Made by a program: the position numbers and the translations under genes. Below are positions 8,934-18,297 of a DNA stretch of 53,805 nucleotides, piece after piece. The first letter of the stretch is position 1; each line of letters opens with the position of its first letter. The notes beneath the pieces were generated by a model that did no database searches, had not been told where the DNA came from, and worked only from the letters and a program-made list of their open reading frames with translations. The DNA is from Candidatus Micrarchaeota archaeon (GTDB lineage: Archaea > Micrarchaeota > Micrarchaeia > Micrarchaeales > CABMGC01): positions 1 through 53,805 of the forward strand of contig JAKASF010000004.1 in the NCBI GenBank assembly GCA_021828295.1. Reading direction: 5' to 3'.

Positions 8934-11705
8934 CTACCTTTTCCCGTACCTGCTGAAGAAAGTCAGGTACCTCCCGAGGACTATAGTAGGGGCCGATGGC
9001 CTCGCCCTCTGCATTAGGCCGAGGATGTCGCTAATCTTTATCTTCGTCTCGCTGCCAGAGTTTAGGCTCGATTCCAGCGTGTTCATCTTGACCTGCCTGC
9101 AGATGTTCGCGATGTCGGCTCCGGTGTAGCCCTCTGTCGCTTGCGCAAGCTTGCTGTAATCCACGTCTTCGGCCAGCGGAGCCTTCTCAAGATTGAGCTC
9201 GAATATCTTGGCCCTGCTCTCAGCGTCGGGAGGCGGCATGAAGATCAGTCTGTCGAATCTGCCGGCCCTGAGCAGTGCCGGGTCGAGAACGTCGGGCCTG
9301 TTCGTTGCTGCCACGACCACTATGCCGGTGCTGTCCTTTATCTTGTCGAACTCCTCGAGGAACTCGCCGGTCATCTGCAGCGAGGAGTCCTTGGCGTTGT
9401 CCCTGGAAGGCACAAGCGCGTCTATCTCGTCTATGAAGACTATCGCAGGAGCGTTCTCCTTCGCCCTGTCGAATATCTCCTTGACGGTGGCGCTCGCCTG
9501 GCTCGCGCCGAACTTGACAACATCGTAACCCGATATCGACAGCACATGCACATCCCCAAGCTCGTTTGCTATCGCCTGGATCAGCATGGTCTTGCCCGTG
9601 CCGGGGGGGCCGAAGAGGAGTATGCCCTTTATGTTGCCTATGTCGTATTTCTTCAGGAGTTCGGGATGCATTATCGGTATCTCCACCGCCTCGTGCAGCG
9701 CCTTCTTTGCGTCTTCCAGGCCGATAACGTCATCGAGAGTAATGCGCTTCCCCTCCTCGATCTGGCTCTCTGGATGGGTGCGCCTCTCGTAGTCCATCCT
9801 GAACGTGTTGTACTCCTCGAGCTGTGAGAGCGATGTTGACGGCTTGGTGCCCTTGACAACCTTTACGACGTCACCCATGCGTATCGTAAGCACCTCCCTC
9901 TTCGATATGGCCCGCTCGCCCACCTCTCTCCCCACCTCCTCGGTTACGTTCTTGATGTCCGCTGCTGAGAACCTGTTAGTCATTCCTGCGAGCTTCGGAT
10001 AGTCGATATCCTTGCCTATCGGAAGCACGGAGAGATAGTGCTGGAATATCTTCTGCCTGGCCGGCTGGTCGGGCAACGCCATATAGAGTATCTTGTCGAA
10101 CCTGCCGGGCCTCATGACCGCCGGGTCCAGCAGCTGGGGCGCGTTTGTTGCGCCTACAATGACTACATTGGTGATCGTCTGGAAACCGTCCATCTCGCTG
10201 AGCAGTGTGGTGATGAGCTCCTTGCCGGCCTGGCTCTCTTGGCTCTCCCTCCTTCCGGCTATGTTGTCCACTTCATCGAAGAAGAGGACGCACGGCGCGT
10301 GCTTCTTCGCAGTCGCGAATATTCTCGCGAGTGCCTGCGCGCTCTCTCCAGGGAAGGGCGAGATGAGCGATGACGTCTTGACGTAGAAGAACCCGGCCCG
10401 TATCTCGTTTGCAAGGGCACGCATTATCAGCGTCTTGCCCGTGCCGGGGGGGCCGAAGAGGAGTATGCCCTTAGCCGGAGTGACCTTGTAGGCTCCGGCT
10501 ATCTCCCTGTGCTCTATAGGACCGAGTATCGCCTCTTTGAGTTCCTGCTTTGTCTCGTCGTAGTTTGCAACATCGTTAAGTGTTTCTGATGTGCCCTTTG
10601 TCAGATCTTCGAATGCGACCCCGAACTTGCCAAGAATGTCCTGCTTCATGACGTCCAGGGCCTGGACCACCTCGACGCCGCTGGCTTCGAGGGCGAAGAC
10701 GGCGATGGGCGTTATCACGAAACTAGCTGCTACAAGCGGATTGAAAGTTGTGCCGCTCAGATACGAGAAGATGAACGATGCCGCCAGGATGACAGCGGCG
10801 AACAGGCTAGATATTGCGCCGCTGTATGCGGACCTGCTCTTTATAGCATAGTTGGAAACGCTGAAGGCGACGAATATCCACAACAGGATCTGCGGCAGCG
10901 TGTATTGGATGTCGTACGCGATGGCCACGCCCGCGTAGTAGAAGGCGTCGAAGAGGTGATCTGCCACGGCCCCGCTGAACATGGCAGATAGCGATGACGA
11001 GAACGCGCCGAGGAATGCGCCTAGCGATGGCGTTGGCTTTGAGGCCACAAAGTACTGCTCAAACTGTAGCCCTGAAAGGTATTGGGAGTGAACGGCCAAA
11101 GAGTTGTACGCTATAGGCCCGTATACTGGGATGTTGGCCAGCCCGGAGAGCGCCGCGACCGCCAGTATGACGAGAACGCCCACTATAGCGCTCCTCTTGA
11201 ACCCCAGGACCAGGATGGCGAAGATGAATGCCGGGATCTCGAATATCAGGCCAAGATACGACAGGGGGAGCGCCGCAAGGGCGTAGGCATAGGAGATGGA
11301 CCGGTAGTGTTTGTAGCCAAGGAACAGCGATGCGCTTATAAGGACTGTAACGATCCAGGCAACGAGCGGGGCCTGGTATATGAGCATCGGGAGAGTAAAC
11401 AGCAGGAGCGCCATCAGGCCAAGGAGCGGCGCCAGGTACGTCAGCACTAACACCAGCGCAAGAAGCGGCAAGAATATCGCGAGCGGAAAGAACGGAAAGG
11501 CTATGCCTAGGCTTGCGAACGCAAATGACGTGGAAAGCGAGTCGTGGAAGTTCTTGTTGGAGACGACCTGTTTGGCAAAATCCTTGAACCAGTAGACAGA
11601 TAGCGGGATCAGCTTACGTTTTAGGTCCTCGAGCGTGCTTCCCTTTGCAGGCGGGTCATCATCGCGGTGCCTACGCTGGCCGCCAGCGCCCATTCTCCTC
11701 GACAT
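8934..11705 (-). CDS. Double-AAA+ ATPase (Cdc48/VCP-like) with polytopic membrane N-terminal domain
   Basis: Two GPPGTGKT Walker A, FFDEVD/FIDEID Walker B, ATN..DPA..R.GRFD SRH motifs; ~300 hydrophobic N-terminal residues; start placed at MSRRMG. Confidence 0.9.
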   Translation of the reverse strand: MSRRMGAGGQRRHRDDDPPAKGSTLEDLKRKLIPLSVYWFKDFAKQVVSNKNFHDSLSTSFAFASLGIAFPFFPLAIFLPLLALVLVLTYLAPLLGLMALLLFTLPMLIYQAPLVAWIVTVLISASLFLGYKHYRSISYAYALAALPLSYLGLIFEIPAFIFAILVLGFKRSAIVGVLVILAVAALSGLANIPVYGPIAYNSLAVHSQYLSGLQFEQYFVASKPTPSLGAFLGAFSSSLSAMFSGAVADHLFDAFYYAGVAIAYDIQYTLPQILLWIFVAFSVSNYAIKSRSAYSGAISSLFAAVILAASFIFSYLSGTTFNPLVAASFVITPIAVFALEASGVEVVQALDVMKQDILGKFGVAFEDLTKGTSETLNDVANYDETKQELKEAILGPIEHREIAGAYKVTPAKGILLFGPPGTGKTLIMRALANEIRAGFFYVKTSSLISPFPGESAQALARIFATAKKHAPCVLFFDEVDNIAGRRESQESQAGKELITTLLSEMDGFQTITNVVIVGATNAPQLLDPAVMRPGRFDKILYMALPDQPARQKIFQHYLSVLPIGKDIDYPKLAGMTNRFSAADIKNVTEEVGREVGERAISKREVLTIRMGDVVKVVKGTKPSTSLSQLEEYNTFRMDYERRTHPESQIEEGKRITLDDVIGLEDAKKALHEAVEIPIMHPELLKKYDIGNIKGILLFGPPGTGKTMLIQAIANELGDVHVLSISGYDVVKFGASQASATVKEIFDRAKENAPAIVFIDEIDALVPSRDNAKDSSLQMTGEFLEEFDKIKDSTGIVVVAATNRPDVLDPALLRAGRFDRLIFMPPPDAESRAKIFELNLEKAPLAEDVDYSKLAQATEGYTGADIANICRQVKMNTLESSLNSGSETKIKISDILGLMQRARPSAPTIVLGRYLTFFSRYGKR
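9589..10472. repeat. 41-bp perfect direct repeat (9589-9629 and 10432-10472)
   Basis: gtcttgcccgtgccgggggggccgaagaggagtatgccctt occurs in both Walker A regions. Confidence 0.9.
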
Positions 11706-11764
11706 ATCGTCTAGTCTCGTATATGTATAGTATATTAATATGCACAATCTGCTATATTATGTTT

Positions 11765-11862
11765 CCCGCAGTAGCTCAACGGCAGAGCGCTCGCCTGTAG
11801 TTTTTGAACACTTCTCAAGAGAAGAAAGCGAGATGTTGCTGGTTCAAATCCGGCCTGCGGGA
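11765..11862 (+). tRNA. tRNA-Tyr(GTA) with ~26-nt canonical intron (~11801-11826)
   Basis: CCCGCAG/CTGCGGG acceptor with C1-G72, CTCGC/GCGAG anticodon stem, GGTTCAAATCC T arm. Confidence 0.92.
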
Positions 11863-12134
11863 TGCAAAACGATCGCATGCTAGACACCGCCACTATAGTA
11901 GGCTACCTTTCAGGCTTCGCCATAACTGTTGCGTACGTTCCTCAGGTCGTAAAGGCGTTCAGGACAAGGTCCACGCGCGACCTCTCGATCGTTTGGCTCG
12001 CAATCCTTGTCGTAGGGGACATAGGACAACTGGCATATGGCGCGATGATTGCATCGCTGCCGCTTGTGGTGCTGAACATTGTACTCTTCATCCTAACGCT
12101 TACGCTGCTTGCGATGAAGCTGAAGTTCGGATAG
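11862..12134 (+). CDS. SemiSWEET/PQ-loop transporter (alternative start 11877)
   Basis: AYVPQVVKAFRTRSTRDLS; three TM helices. Confidence 0.88.
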   Translation: MQNDRMLDTATIVGYLSGFAITVAYVPQVVKAFRTRSTRDLSIVWLAILVVGDIGQLAYGAMIASLPLVVLNIVLFILTLTLLAMKLKFG

Positions 12135-12179
12135 ACGTCCTGTCAACTATTATAAACCTGAAATGCGCAGTCCTATCGC

Positions 12180-12252
12180 GCCTTGGTAGTGTAGTGGTCT
12201 AGCATACGAGCCTGTCACGCTTGTGACCCGGGTTCGAATCCCGGCCAAGGCG
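12180..12252 (+). tRNA. tRNA-Asp(GTC)
   Basis: GCCTTGG/CCAAGGC acceptor, CT-GTC-AC loop, GGTTCGAATCC. Confidence 0.95.
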
Positions 12253-12340
12253 TAGCTAAACGAATTCTGTATGCAGGTATACTGGCAGAAAACTCCCATT
12301 TAAAAGGTTTCATCAGCATCAGTAGATACAAGGTGGGTGC

Positions 12341-12820
12341 ATGCAAGAAGTCTATGAGAAACCGCTGACGGAGAGCGAGGCGATGTCGCTGGCGGTCAGG
12401 GACATAATGAGCTATCCGGTGGTGACCGCGAAGGAGAAGACGAGCATAAGGGACATAGCCAAGCTGATGAAGAAGCATGACGTCGACGCCGTGGTGATAC
12501 TTGACAAGGCTGGGAGCCCGGCGGGCATCATAACGGAGGGCGACATAGTGAGGAGGCTGGTGTCGGCGAAGAGGAACCTGTGGTTCATAAAGGCTGACCA
12601 CGTGATGAGCAAGCCGCTCCTGACCATAGGGAGGGACAGCACTCTGGAGGGCGCGGCAAAATACATGGCCGAGAAGAAGGTGAAGAAGCTCTGCGTCGTA
12701 GATGATGGAAACAGGCTCGCCGGGATGATAACCACAGAAGACATCACTAAGAACGCAGGCTACCTGATAAACGTGCTTGAGGAAGTCATACACACCGGCT
12801 ACTACATGAGCGTGCTGTAG
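12341..12820 (+). CDS. CBS-domain pair protein
   Basis: VRDIMS.PV...GIITEGDI and HVMSKPL...GMITTEDI. Confidence 0.9.
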   Translation: MQEVYEKPLTESEAMSLAVRDIMSYPVVTAKEKTSIRDIAKLMKKHDVDAVVILDKAGSPAGIITEGDIVRRLVSAKRNLWFIKADHVMSKPLLTIGRDSTLEGAAKYMAEKKVKKLCVVDDGNRLAGMITTEDITKNAGYLINVLEEVIHTGYYMSVL

Positions 12821-14236
12821 CTACACAGCAAAGGGCGACAGGAGCAGGAATGGCGCGATACCCAGCAGTATCGTCGCGGCAGATAAGAACACCATAGAGA
12901 AACCGATGCGAGATTCTGGAGATGAACGCGGTTCCACGGCCTTGGAGGAGTTGAAGAACGCGCGTTCGGCAACAAGGAACATGAAGGAACCCATTATGAG
13001 AACCGCGGCAAGCGGCACTACGCCTCCGATGCCAAAAACTCCGAACGCGCCGATGAAGACCAGGAGGTCGCCGATGAATCCTGAGGTGAGGGGTATGCCT
13101 ATGAGCGCGAACACGCCGAACAGGAAGCCGTACGCAAGCGACGGCAGGTTCTTCACGATTCCCTTGAGCCTTGCAATCAGCAGCGTGCCATACGTCTCGT
13201 CTATGGTGCCGGCTATCAGGAAGAGCAGAGAGATGATTATGCCGTGGCTGAGCATCGCATACAGCCCTCCGGCTATCCCGAAAGAACCGAGCGACGCTAT
13301 GCCGAGCGAAGCGATGCCCATGTCGACTACGCTTGTGTACGCGATAAGGCGCTTCAGGTGCTCCTGTCGCATAGCCACCATCGCGCTATACAGGGCGGAG
13401 AAGCCGAAGATCGCTGCTAGGGGCAGAGCGTAGTTGCTGGCGAGCGGGAGCATGAGGAACATGAGCAGGAGCCCATAGCCCCCGAACTTGAGCAGTATGC
13501 CGGCAAGAATCATGCTGCCCGTTGTGGGCGCCTCTGTATGCGCGTCGGGCAGCCAGCCATGGAACGGAAACGAGGGTATCTTTATCAGGAAGGCAACGGC
13601 TAGCAGGGCGAACGCCAGCAGCTGCGTGCCCGAAGGGAGCGACGCTGATTGCGAGATTATTGAAGTGATGCTAAACGTCTGCGTCGGCAGGCCAGAGTAT
13701 ATGACCATTATTCCCAGAAGCAGGAAGAGGCTGGCGGCGAGCGAATAAAGCAGGAACTTTATCGCGGCGTACCTGCGGTCGTAGCCCCCGAAGATGTATA
13801 TTATGAAGAACATCGAGATTTCGCTTATCTCGAAGAAGACGTAGAACAGGAAGAGGTTGCCCGCAAGGAACACGCCGAGCGTGGAGCCAGCGGTAAGCAG
13901 GAAGAGAAGGTTGTAGATCCTGTGCGATTCCTTGATGAAGCTTTTTGCGACTATCGCCGCGGAAAGGAGCACGATGGCGCTCATGACCATGAAGATGTTG
14001 CTGTACTTGGTGAGCTCGAGGTCGAGGTTGATGCCTATGCTCTGGATGTAGCCCTGCTGGAACGACAACTGCGCAAACCCTTGCGACAGCCCAGACCACG
14101 CAGCTAACACAGCCAGCACGATGACAACAATAGAAGAGACCAGTGCTATGTCGAACGACCGCTTCTCGCCCAGAAGGAATAGAGGTACGATGAAAATGAA
14201 CGGCAGGAAGACAATTAACGGAAGAACTGGAAGCAT
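12821..14236 (-). CDS. nuoM: Complex I-like subunit M
   Basis: LFLFYVFFE, YAAIKFLLYS, K.P.FPFHGWLPDAHTEAPT.GS.ILAGILLKFGGYG. Confidence 0.95.
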   Translation of the reverse strand: MLPVLPLIVFLPFIFIVPLFLLGEKRSFDIALVSSIVVIVLAVLAAWSGLSQGFAQLSFQQGYIQSIGINLDLELTKYSNIFMVMSAIVLLSAAIVAKSFIKESHRIYNLLFLLTAGSTLGVFLAGNLFLFYVFFEISEISMFFIIYIFGGYDRRYAAIKFLLYSLAASLFLLLGIMVIYSGLPTQTFSITSIISQSASLPSGTQLLAFALLAVAFLIKIPSFPFHGWLPDAHTEAPTTGSMILAGILLKFGGYGLLLMFLMLPLASNYALPLAAIFGFSALYSAMVAMRQEHLKRLIAYTSVVDMGIASLGIASLGSFGIAGGLYAMLSHGIIISLLFLIAGTIDETYGTLLIARLKGIVKNLPSLAYGFLFGVFALIGIPLTSGFIGDLLVFIGAFGVFGIGGVVPLAAVLIMGSFMFLVAERAFFNSSKAVEPRSSPESRIGFSMVFLSAATILLGIAPFLLLSPFAV

Positions 14237-14311
14237 CGGGTCACCGCAAAAGCTGGTGAGAATCTCAAGCTTATATGGGTTGTGCAGATGCTATGCGAAT
14301 GCTGCTGCAAA

Positions 14312-14620
14312 TCAGATCGCTGCGTCTATGCTGCCTTCCTGGAAGCCGAGGTTCACGAGCTCCTTCTTCGCCTCTGCGATGTGCTCTCCCTGCAGCTCTA
14401 TGACACCCTTCTTGTGGGTGCCGCCGCATGCCAGCTTGCTCTTCAGCTCCTTTGTGGTCTTGTCGAGCTCGTCGCCGCTCAGCCCCTCCACTATGGTCAC
14501 GAACTTGCTGAACTTCGCCTTTGTCTTGTAGATCTTTATGCGCCTGGTAGCCTCTCTGTCGAGTATCTCGCAGACACATATCTCCTTGGGGAGACCGCAC
14601 CTTGGGCACATCTCAGGCAT
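14312..14620 (-). CDS. sui1: Translation initiation factor aIF1/SUI1
   Basis: CPRCGLPKEICVCE, LKSKLACGGT, IELQGEH. Confidence 0.95.
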   Translation of the reverse strand: MPEMCPRCGLPKEICVCEILDREATRRIKIYKTKAKFSKFVTIVEGLSGDELDKTTKELKSKLACGGTHKKGVIELQGEHIAEAKKELVNLGFQEGSIDAAI

Positions 14621-14826
14621 TAGTTGCTAACACCCTTCTCCTTGAGCAGCGTAAGTATCTGCGCGCGCGCCCTCCTCATCTCCCTGACCTTGACCTTCTT
14701 GCTCTGCACACCTGTGGCTGCTATCTTCCTCTTCTCTATAGACAAATCGAGGGTAAGCTGCTGCAGCTTGCCCTTAAGCATCTCGGCACTCATCGCCCTT
14801 AGTTCCTTGATACGCATTACAATCAC
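14620..14826 (-). CDS. rpl29: 50S ribosomal protein L29
   Basis: KELRAMS...RRARAQILT; operon position. Confidence 0.9.
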   Translation of the reverse strand: MIVMRIKELRAMSAEMLKGKLQQLTLDLSIEKRKIAATGVQSKKVKVREMRRARAQILTLLKEKGVSN

Positions 14827-14855
14827 ATATTGGGTGCTTCCTTATATTTATAGCT

Positions 14856-15482
14856 TCACTTGGCCCCCTCCAGCGACTTCGGCAGCTCTATCTTCTTCAT
14901 CTGCCTGTCGGGGAACTGGGTTCCTGGCTGCACTATCCTCACCTGTATGCCGATCGCCCCGTACTTCGGGTACGAGGTCAGCTTCGCTTCGTCCACGAGC
15001 TTTACTGTGTCGCCGGCCTTGGGTATGTAGCCGAACCTGACCTTTATCTGCTTGGCCTTGGCTCCTTTCGCGGCAAGCTTGCCTGTCGCGACTATCTCGG
15101 CCCCGAGCGCGCCGTTCTCTATAACTGTCTTGAGCGTTGAGTGCATCAGGCTTCTCGCGTTGGCGCCTCGCTCGAGCGCGTTTGCTATGTGCCTGGCCAC
15201 CAGCCTGGGCTCGAGCACCTCGTTCTTCACCTCCGCGACGCTTATCTGCGGGTTGTCTATCTTGAACTTGGTCTTGATATCTTGGGTGAGCGCGTCTATG
15301 GTGGAGCCTCCCCTTCCTATGACCCTTCCTGGGTTTGTCACATATGCGGTTATCCTGGTTATCACAGGCGTCTTCTGTATCTCGACTCTCGAGAAGCCGG
15401 CTCTGCTGAGCATCTTCTCCAGGTACTTGGATATCTCGTGCTTGACGAGCGCGTCCTCTATAAACTTCCTCTCCACAACCAC
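14856..15482 (-). CDS. rps3: 30S ribosomal protein S3
   Basis: PGRVIGRGG KH motif, GAEI..TGKL. Confidence 0.95.
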   Translation of the reverse strand: MVVERKFIEDALVKHEISKYLEKMLSRAGFSRVEIQKTPVITRITAYVTNPGRVIGRGGSTIDALTQDIKTKFKIDNPQISVAEVKNEVLEPRLVARHIANALERGANARSLMHSTLKTVIENGALGAEIVATGKLAAKGAKAKQIKVRFGYIPKAGDTVKLVDEAKLTSYPKYGAIGIQVRIVQPGTQFPDRQMKKIELPKSLEGAK

Positions 15483-15486
15483 TGTC

Positions 15487-16110
15487 TCACTTCTTTGCCT
15501 GAACCTCAGCCTTTGCCTCTGCCTTCTTTTCGGCCTTCGGCTTGGCCAGCGGCTTGGTCTTCTGCTGGCGGACCGGATTCCTTACCTTCATCATCAGTTT
15601 CATCCTGCTTGTGAGCGATGCCGTACCCGGATTGGCAAGCCCAAGCTCTATCTTTGAGTACTCGAGGTCGCTGTGGGTCCTGGCCGACATGCCGTACATC
15701 CCCCTGCCCCATGTGAGCGAGCCCTTAGACGGGCTTCTCCTCTCTATCCTGGTCTTGTTTGCCGATGCATGTACCACGTAGAGCGAGTCCTCGTCGAGAC
15801 CCTTGTTCCTCGAGTTTGCAATCGCGTTGATCAGCACGTGCCTTACCTCCTTTGCTGCCTTCACCGGGTATGCACCCTTTCTTCCACCCAGCTCGTGTCG
15901 CGAGCCCATGTGCTTGTTGAAGGCGTTGAAGAGAATGGGGCGCTGCATGCTCACTACTCCATCGATGACATCCAGGGCCCTGTCTGTCTTGAGATACCTG
16001 ATGGCGTCGCACACCGCGCAGAGGTCCTTGTAGCTGGCGTCTATGTCGTAGCCCTGCGCCAGCGCCAGCGAATCCCTGCCTATGTTGACCGAGTACTTCA
16101 TCGTTATCAC
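15487..16110 (-). CDS. rpl22: 50S ribosomal protein L22
   Basis: GAYPVKAA, INAIANS..KGLD. Confidence 0.93.
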   Translation of the reverse strand: MITMKYSVNIGRDSLALAQGYDIDASYKDLCAVCDAIRYLKTDRALDVIDGVVSMQRPILFNAFNKHMGSRHELGGRKGAYPVKAAKEVRHVLINAIANSRNKGLDEDSLYVVHASANKTRIERRSPSKGSLTWGRGMYGMSARTHSDLEYSKIELGLANPGTASLTSRMKLMMKVRNPVRQQKTKPLAKPKAEKKAEAKAEVQAKK

Positions 16111-16505
16111 TTCACAGCGAGGAACTTGCTTCCTCTGGTTGCCCTTATTCCAGGCGCGGAGTGCTGCACGCGCTTCGTCGTGTACGCAAACTCGCCAAGC
16201 CTGTGGCCGAGCATCTCCGGCGTAACCACTATCTCCTTGAACTCCTTGCCGTCGTGGACTCCGAACCTCGTGCCGACCCAGCTCGGCAGTATAACAGCCT
16301 CGCGGAGCTGCGTCTTTATCGTCTTGCCGCCCCCTGACTTCTTCGCTTCTGCTACGATCTCTATTAGCTGCTTGTAGCTGAGGCTCATCCTCTTGATGGC
16401 GCGCCTCTCCCTAGAGGTGACGAGCCTTGAGTAATCGTCGATGCTCATCTTCTGGAGCTCGTCGAGGCTCTTTCCTCTAAAACTGAATACTCTTGCCATG
16501 ATCAA
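16107..16505 (-). CDS. rps19: 30S ribosomal protein S19
   Basis: EMLGHRLGEFAYT, GIRATRGSKF. Confidence 0.95.
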   Translation of the reverse strand: MIMARVFSFRGKSLDELQKMSIDDYSRLVTSRERRAIKRMSLSYKQLIEIVAEAKKSGGGKTIKTQLREAVILPSWVGTRFGVHDGKEFKEIVVTPEMLGHRLGEFAYTTKRVQHSAPGIRATRGSKFLAVK

Positions 16506-17221
16506 CCTCTCTTCTTCCTGCCTACCCTCCTTGCTGCTATGTGGCCGACCTTAGCTCCAGGCGGCGCGTTCCTCGAGGTCATGCTCGATGCTCCCTTGTG
16601 GTGCTGCTTGCCACCGAACGGGTGGTCTACAGGATTGGACTTCACGCCACGGTTCTTGGGCCACATAGCGTTTATCGCGTGATGCATGTAGTGGCTCTTG
16701 CCAGCCCTAAGTATCGGCTGCGCATCTGCGCCCCCGCCCGCGGTGGCACCTATCTGGGCCCTGCACGCGGGATTTATGTCGACGACCTTCTTGGACGGAA
16801 GCACCAGGCTCACAACCCCTCTCGTATGCGAGACCACTGTTGCGAAACTGCCCGCTGTCCTAGCGAACTTGCCCCCGTCTCCTGGCAGGACCTCGACATT
16901 GTATACCGGCGTGCCGTCAGGGATCGCCTCGAGGGGCAGGATGCTGCCCAGCGTAATGTCCGCCTGTCTCCCCTCCTGTATCCTGGAACCTATGCGAATG
17001 CCTTCGGGCGCAAGGAATATCGCGCTGGAGTTGTCCTCGTACTGCACCCTCATCAGCGGGGTGCTGTGGCCGGGATCGTCGATGAACTCCATGACCTCGC
17101 CGGTCAGCTTCGCTTCTATCTTCCTGCTGGGGAAAGCGACGTCTGCCTTGAACGTGTTGGGCGGCTTCCTGAAAGCGTTTGTGCCGCGTCCTCGTCTTTG
17201 CTGATGAAGATTCTTTCCCAT
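16502..17221 (-). CDS. rpl2: 50S ribosomal protein L2
   Basis: GDGGKFAR.AG, NPVDHPFGG, GAKVGHIAARRVG. Confidence 0.96.
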   Translation of the reverse strand: MGKNLHQQRRGRGTNAFRKPPNTFKADVAFPSRKIEAKLTGEVMEFIDDPGHSTPLMRVQYEDNSSAIFLAPEGIRIGSRIQEGRQADITLGSILPLEAIPDGTPVYNVEVLPGDGGKFARTAGSFATVVSHTRGVVSLVLPSKKVVDINPACRAQIGATAGGGADAQPILRAGKSHYMHHAINAMWPKNRGVKSNPVDHPFGGKQHHKGASSMTSRNAPPGAKVGHIAARRVGRKKRG

Positions 17222-17225
17222 TTGA

Positions 17226-17477
17226 TCACACTAGTTTGAGCTTGAGCGCTATGTCGCTCGCCTTGAACTGGCCGTTCAGCTTGATGTAAGCCCTCTTCCT
17301 GTTCCTCGGCTCTATCTCCGTGTTTATGCGCTCGACCTTTACCTTGAACACGCTCTCGAACTCTTTCTTTATCTGGGTCTTGTTCGCCCTGATGTCCACC
17401 ATGTAGGTGACGACGTTGTTCCTCTCTATCATGTTGATTGCCTTCTCGGTTGCTATCGGATACATTAGCGCGTCCAT
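17226..17477 (-). CDS. rpl23: 50S ribosomal protein L23
   Basis: PIATEKA, ANKTQIK, KRAYIKL. Confidence 0.95.
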   Translation of the reverse strand: MDALMYPIATEKAINMIERNNVVTYMVDIRANKTQIKKEFESVFKVKVERINTEIEPRNRKRAYIKLNGQFKASDIALKLKLV

Positions 17478-17481
17478 ACGA

Positions 17482-18297
17482 TCACTGTTTGTAGCTTGCC
17501 GTCGACTTGGCGATGCCGTCGGCTACCGATTCGACTGCGGATTCTGACCAGAGCGCAAGCCTGGGCTTCGCGCCGGGCGCCAGCCTCTCTATACGCAGAG
17601 CGTCTACTCCTATCACATCCACGCCTGGCAGGTTCCTGCCTGCGCGGCCGACCAGCTTCGGGTCCTTGGCGATTATCAGGACGCTGTTCCTGAAGTACCT
17701 CTTCCTGCTCCTTCTAGAGTTGTCCTCCTTCAGCCTTGGCGCGTGCGATCTTTCCATGTCTTCTGAGAAGCCGAGGGAATCTAGCGCTTTCACCAGTTCA
17801 GACGTCTTCGCCATCTTCTCGATCTGCGGAGACACGATGACTGGCAGGTGTTCCTTGCCGAAAGCGTAATTCTTCTTTATCAGGGAGGCATTGCTTGTGG
17901 CCGCAACCGCGCTAGTGAGCGCCTTTGCGTACTCCTTCCTGTTGATCCTCTCAGCTATTACCTTCTCGACCTTCTGCGGGTGGGCCCTTCTTCCCTTGAC
18001 TGAAGACGGTATCTTCCTGACCGCCCCCATGCCGCCCTTGGCCAGCCTCTGCCTCGGCCTGGGCGGAAGCCCCGTGTGCCTCTGGGTCCTGTACGTACCG
18101 TATCTCCCCTTGTAGGAAGCAGATGTGTCCATTCCTGCGAGAAGGTAGCGGCCCTGGGGCTGATACGCCTGGCTCTGCTCCGCAAGCAGCGCCCTGCGCA
18201 CTATGTCCTCGTTGAACGGCGTTCCGAATACGTCAGGCAGCGCTATCTTCTTTCCGGGTTTGCCGTCAAGTTGGTAAACTTCAACCTCCATGTTCAT
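17482..18297 (-). CDS. rpl4: 50S ribosomal protein L4
   Basis: GRRAHP, RNLPGVDV, LAPG. Confidence 0.95.
   Translation of the reverse strand: MNMEVEVYQLDGKPGKKIALPDVFGTPFNEDIVRRALLAEQSQAYQPQGRYLLAGMDTSASYKGRYGTYRTQRHTGLPPRPRQRLAKGGMGAVRKIPSSVKGRRAHPQKVEKVIAERINRKEYAKALTSAVAATSNASLIKKNYAFGKEHLPVIVSPQIEKMAKTSELVKALDSLGFSEDMERSHAPRLKEDNSRRSRKRYFRNSVLIIAKDPKLVGRAGRNLPGVDVIGVDALRIERLAPGAKPRLALWSESAVESVADGIAKSTASYKQ

Noticed and set aside
11804-12202. 132-aa ORF
   Set aside because: Overlaps two tRNAs and the SemiSWEET gene; shadow ORF.
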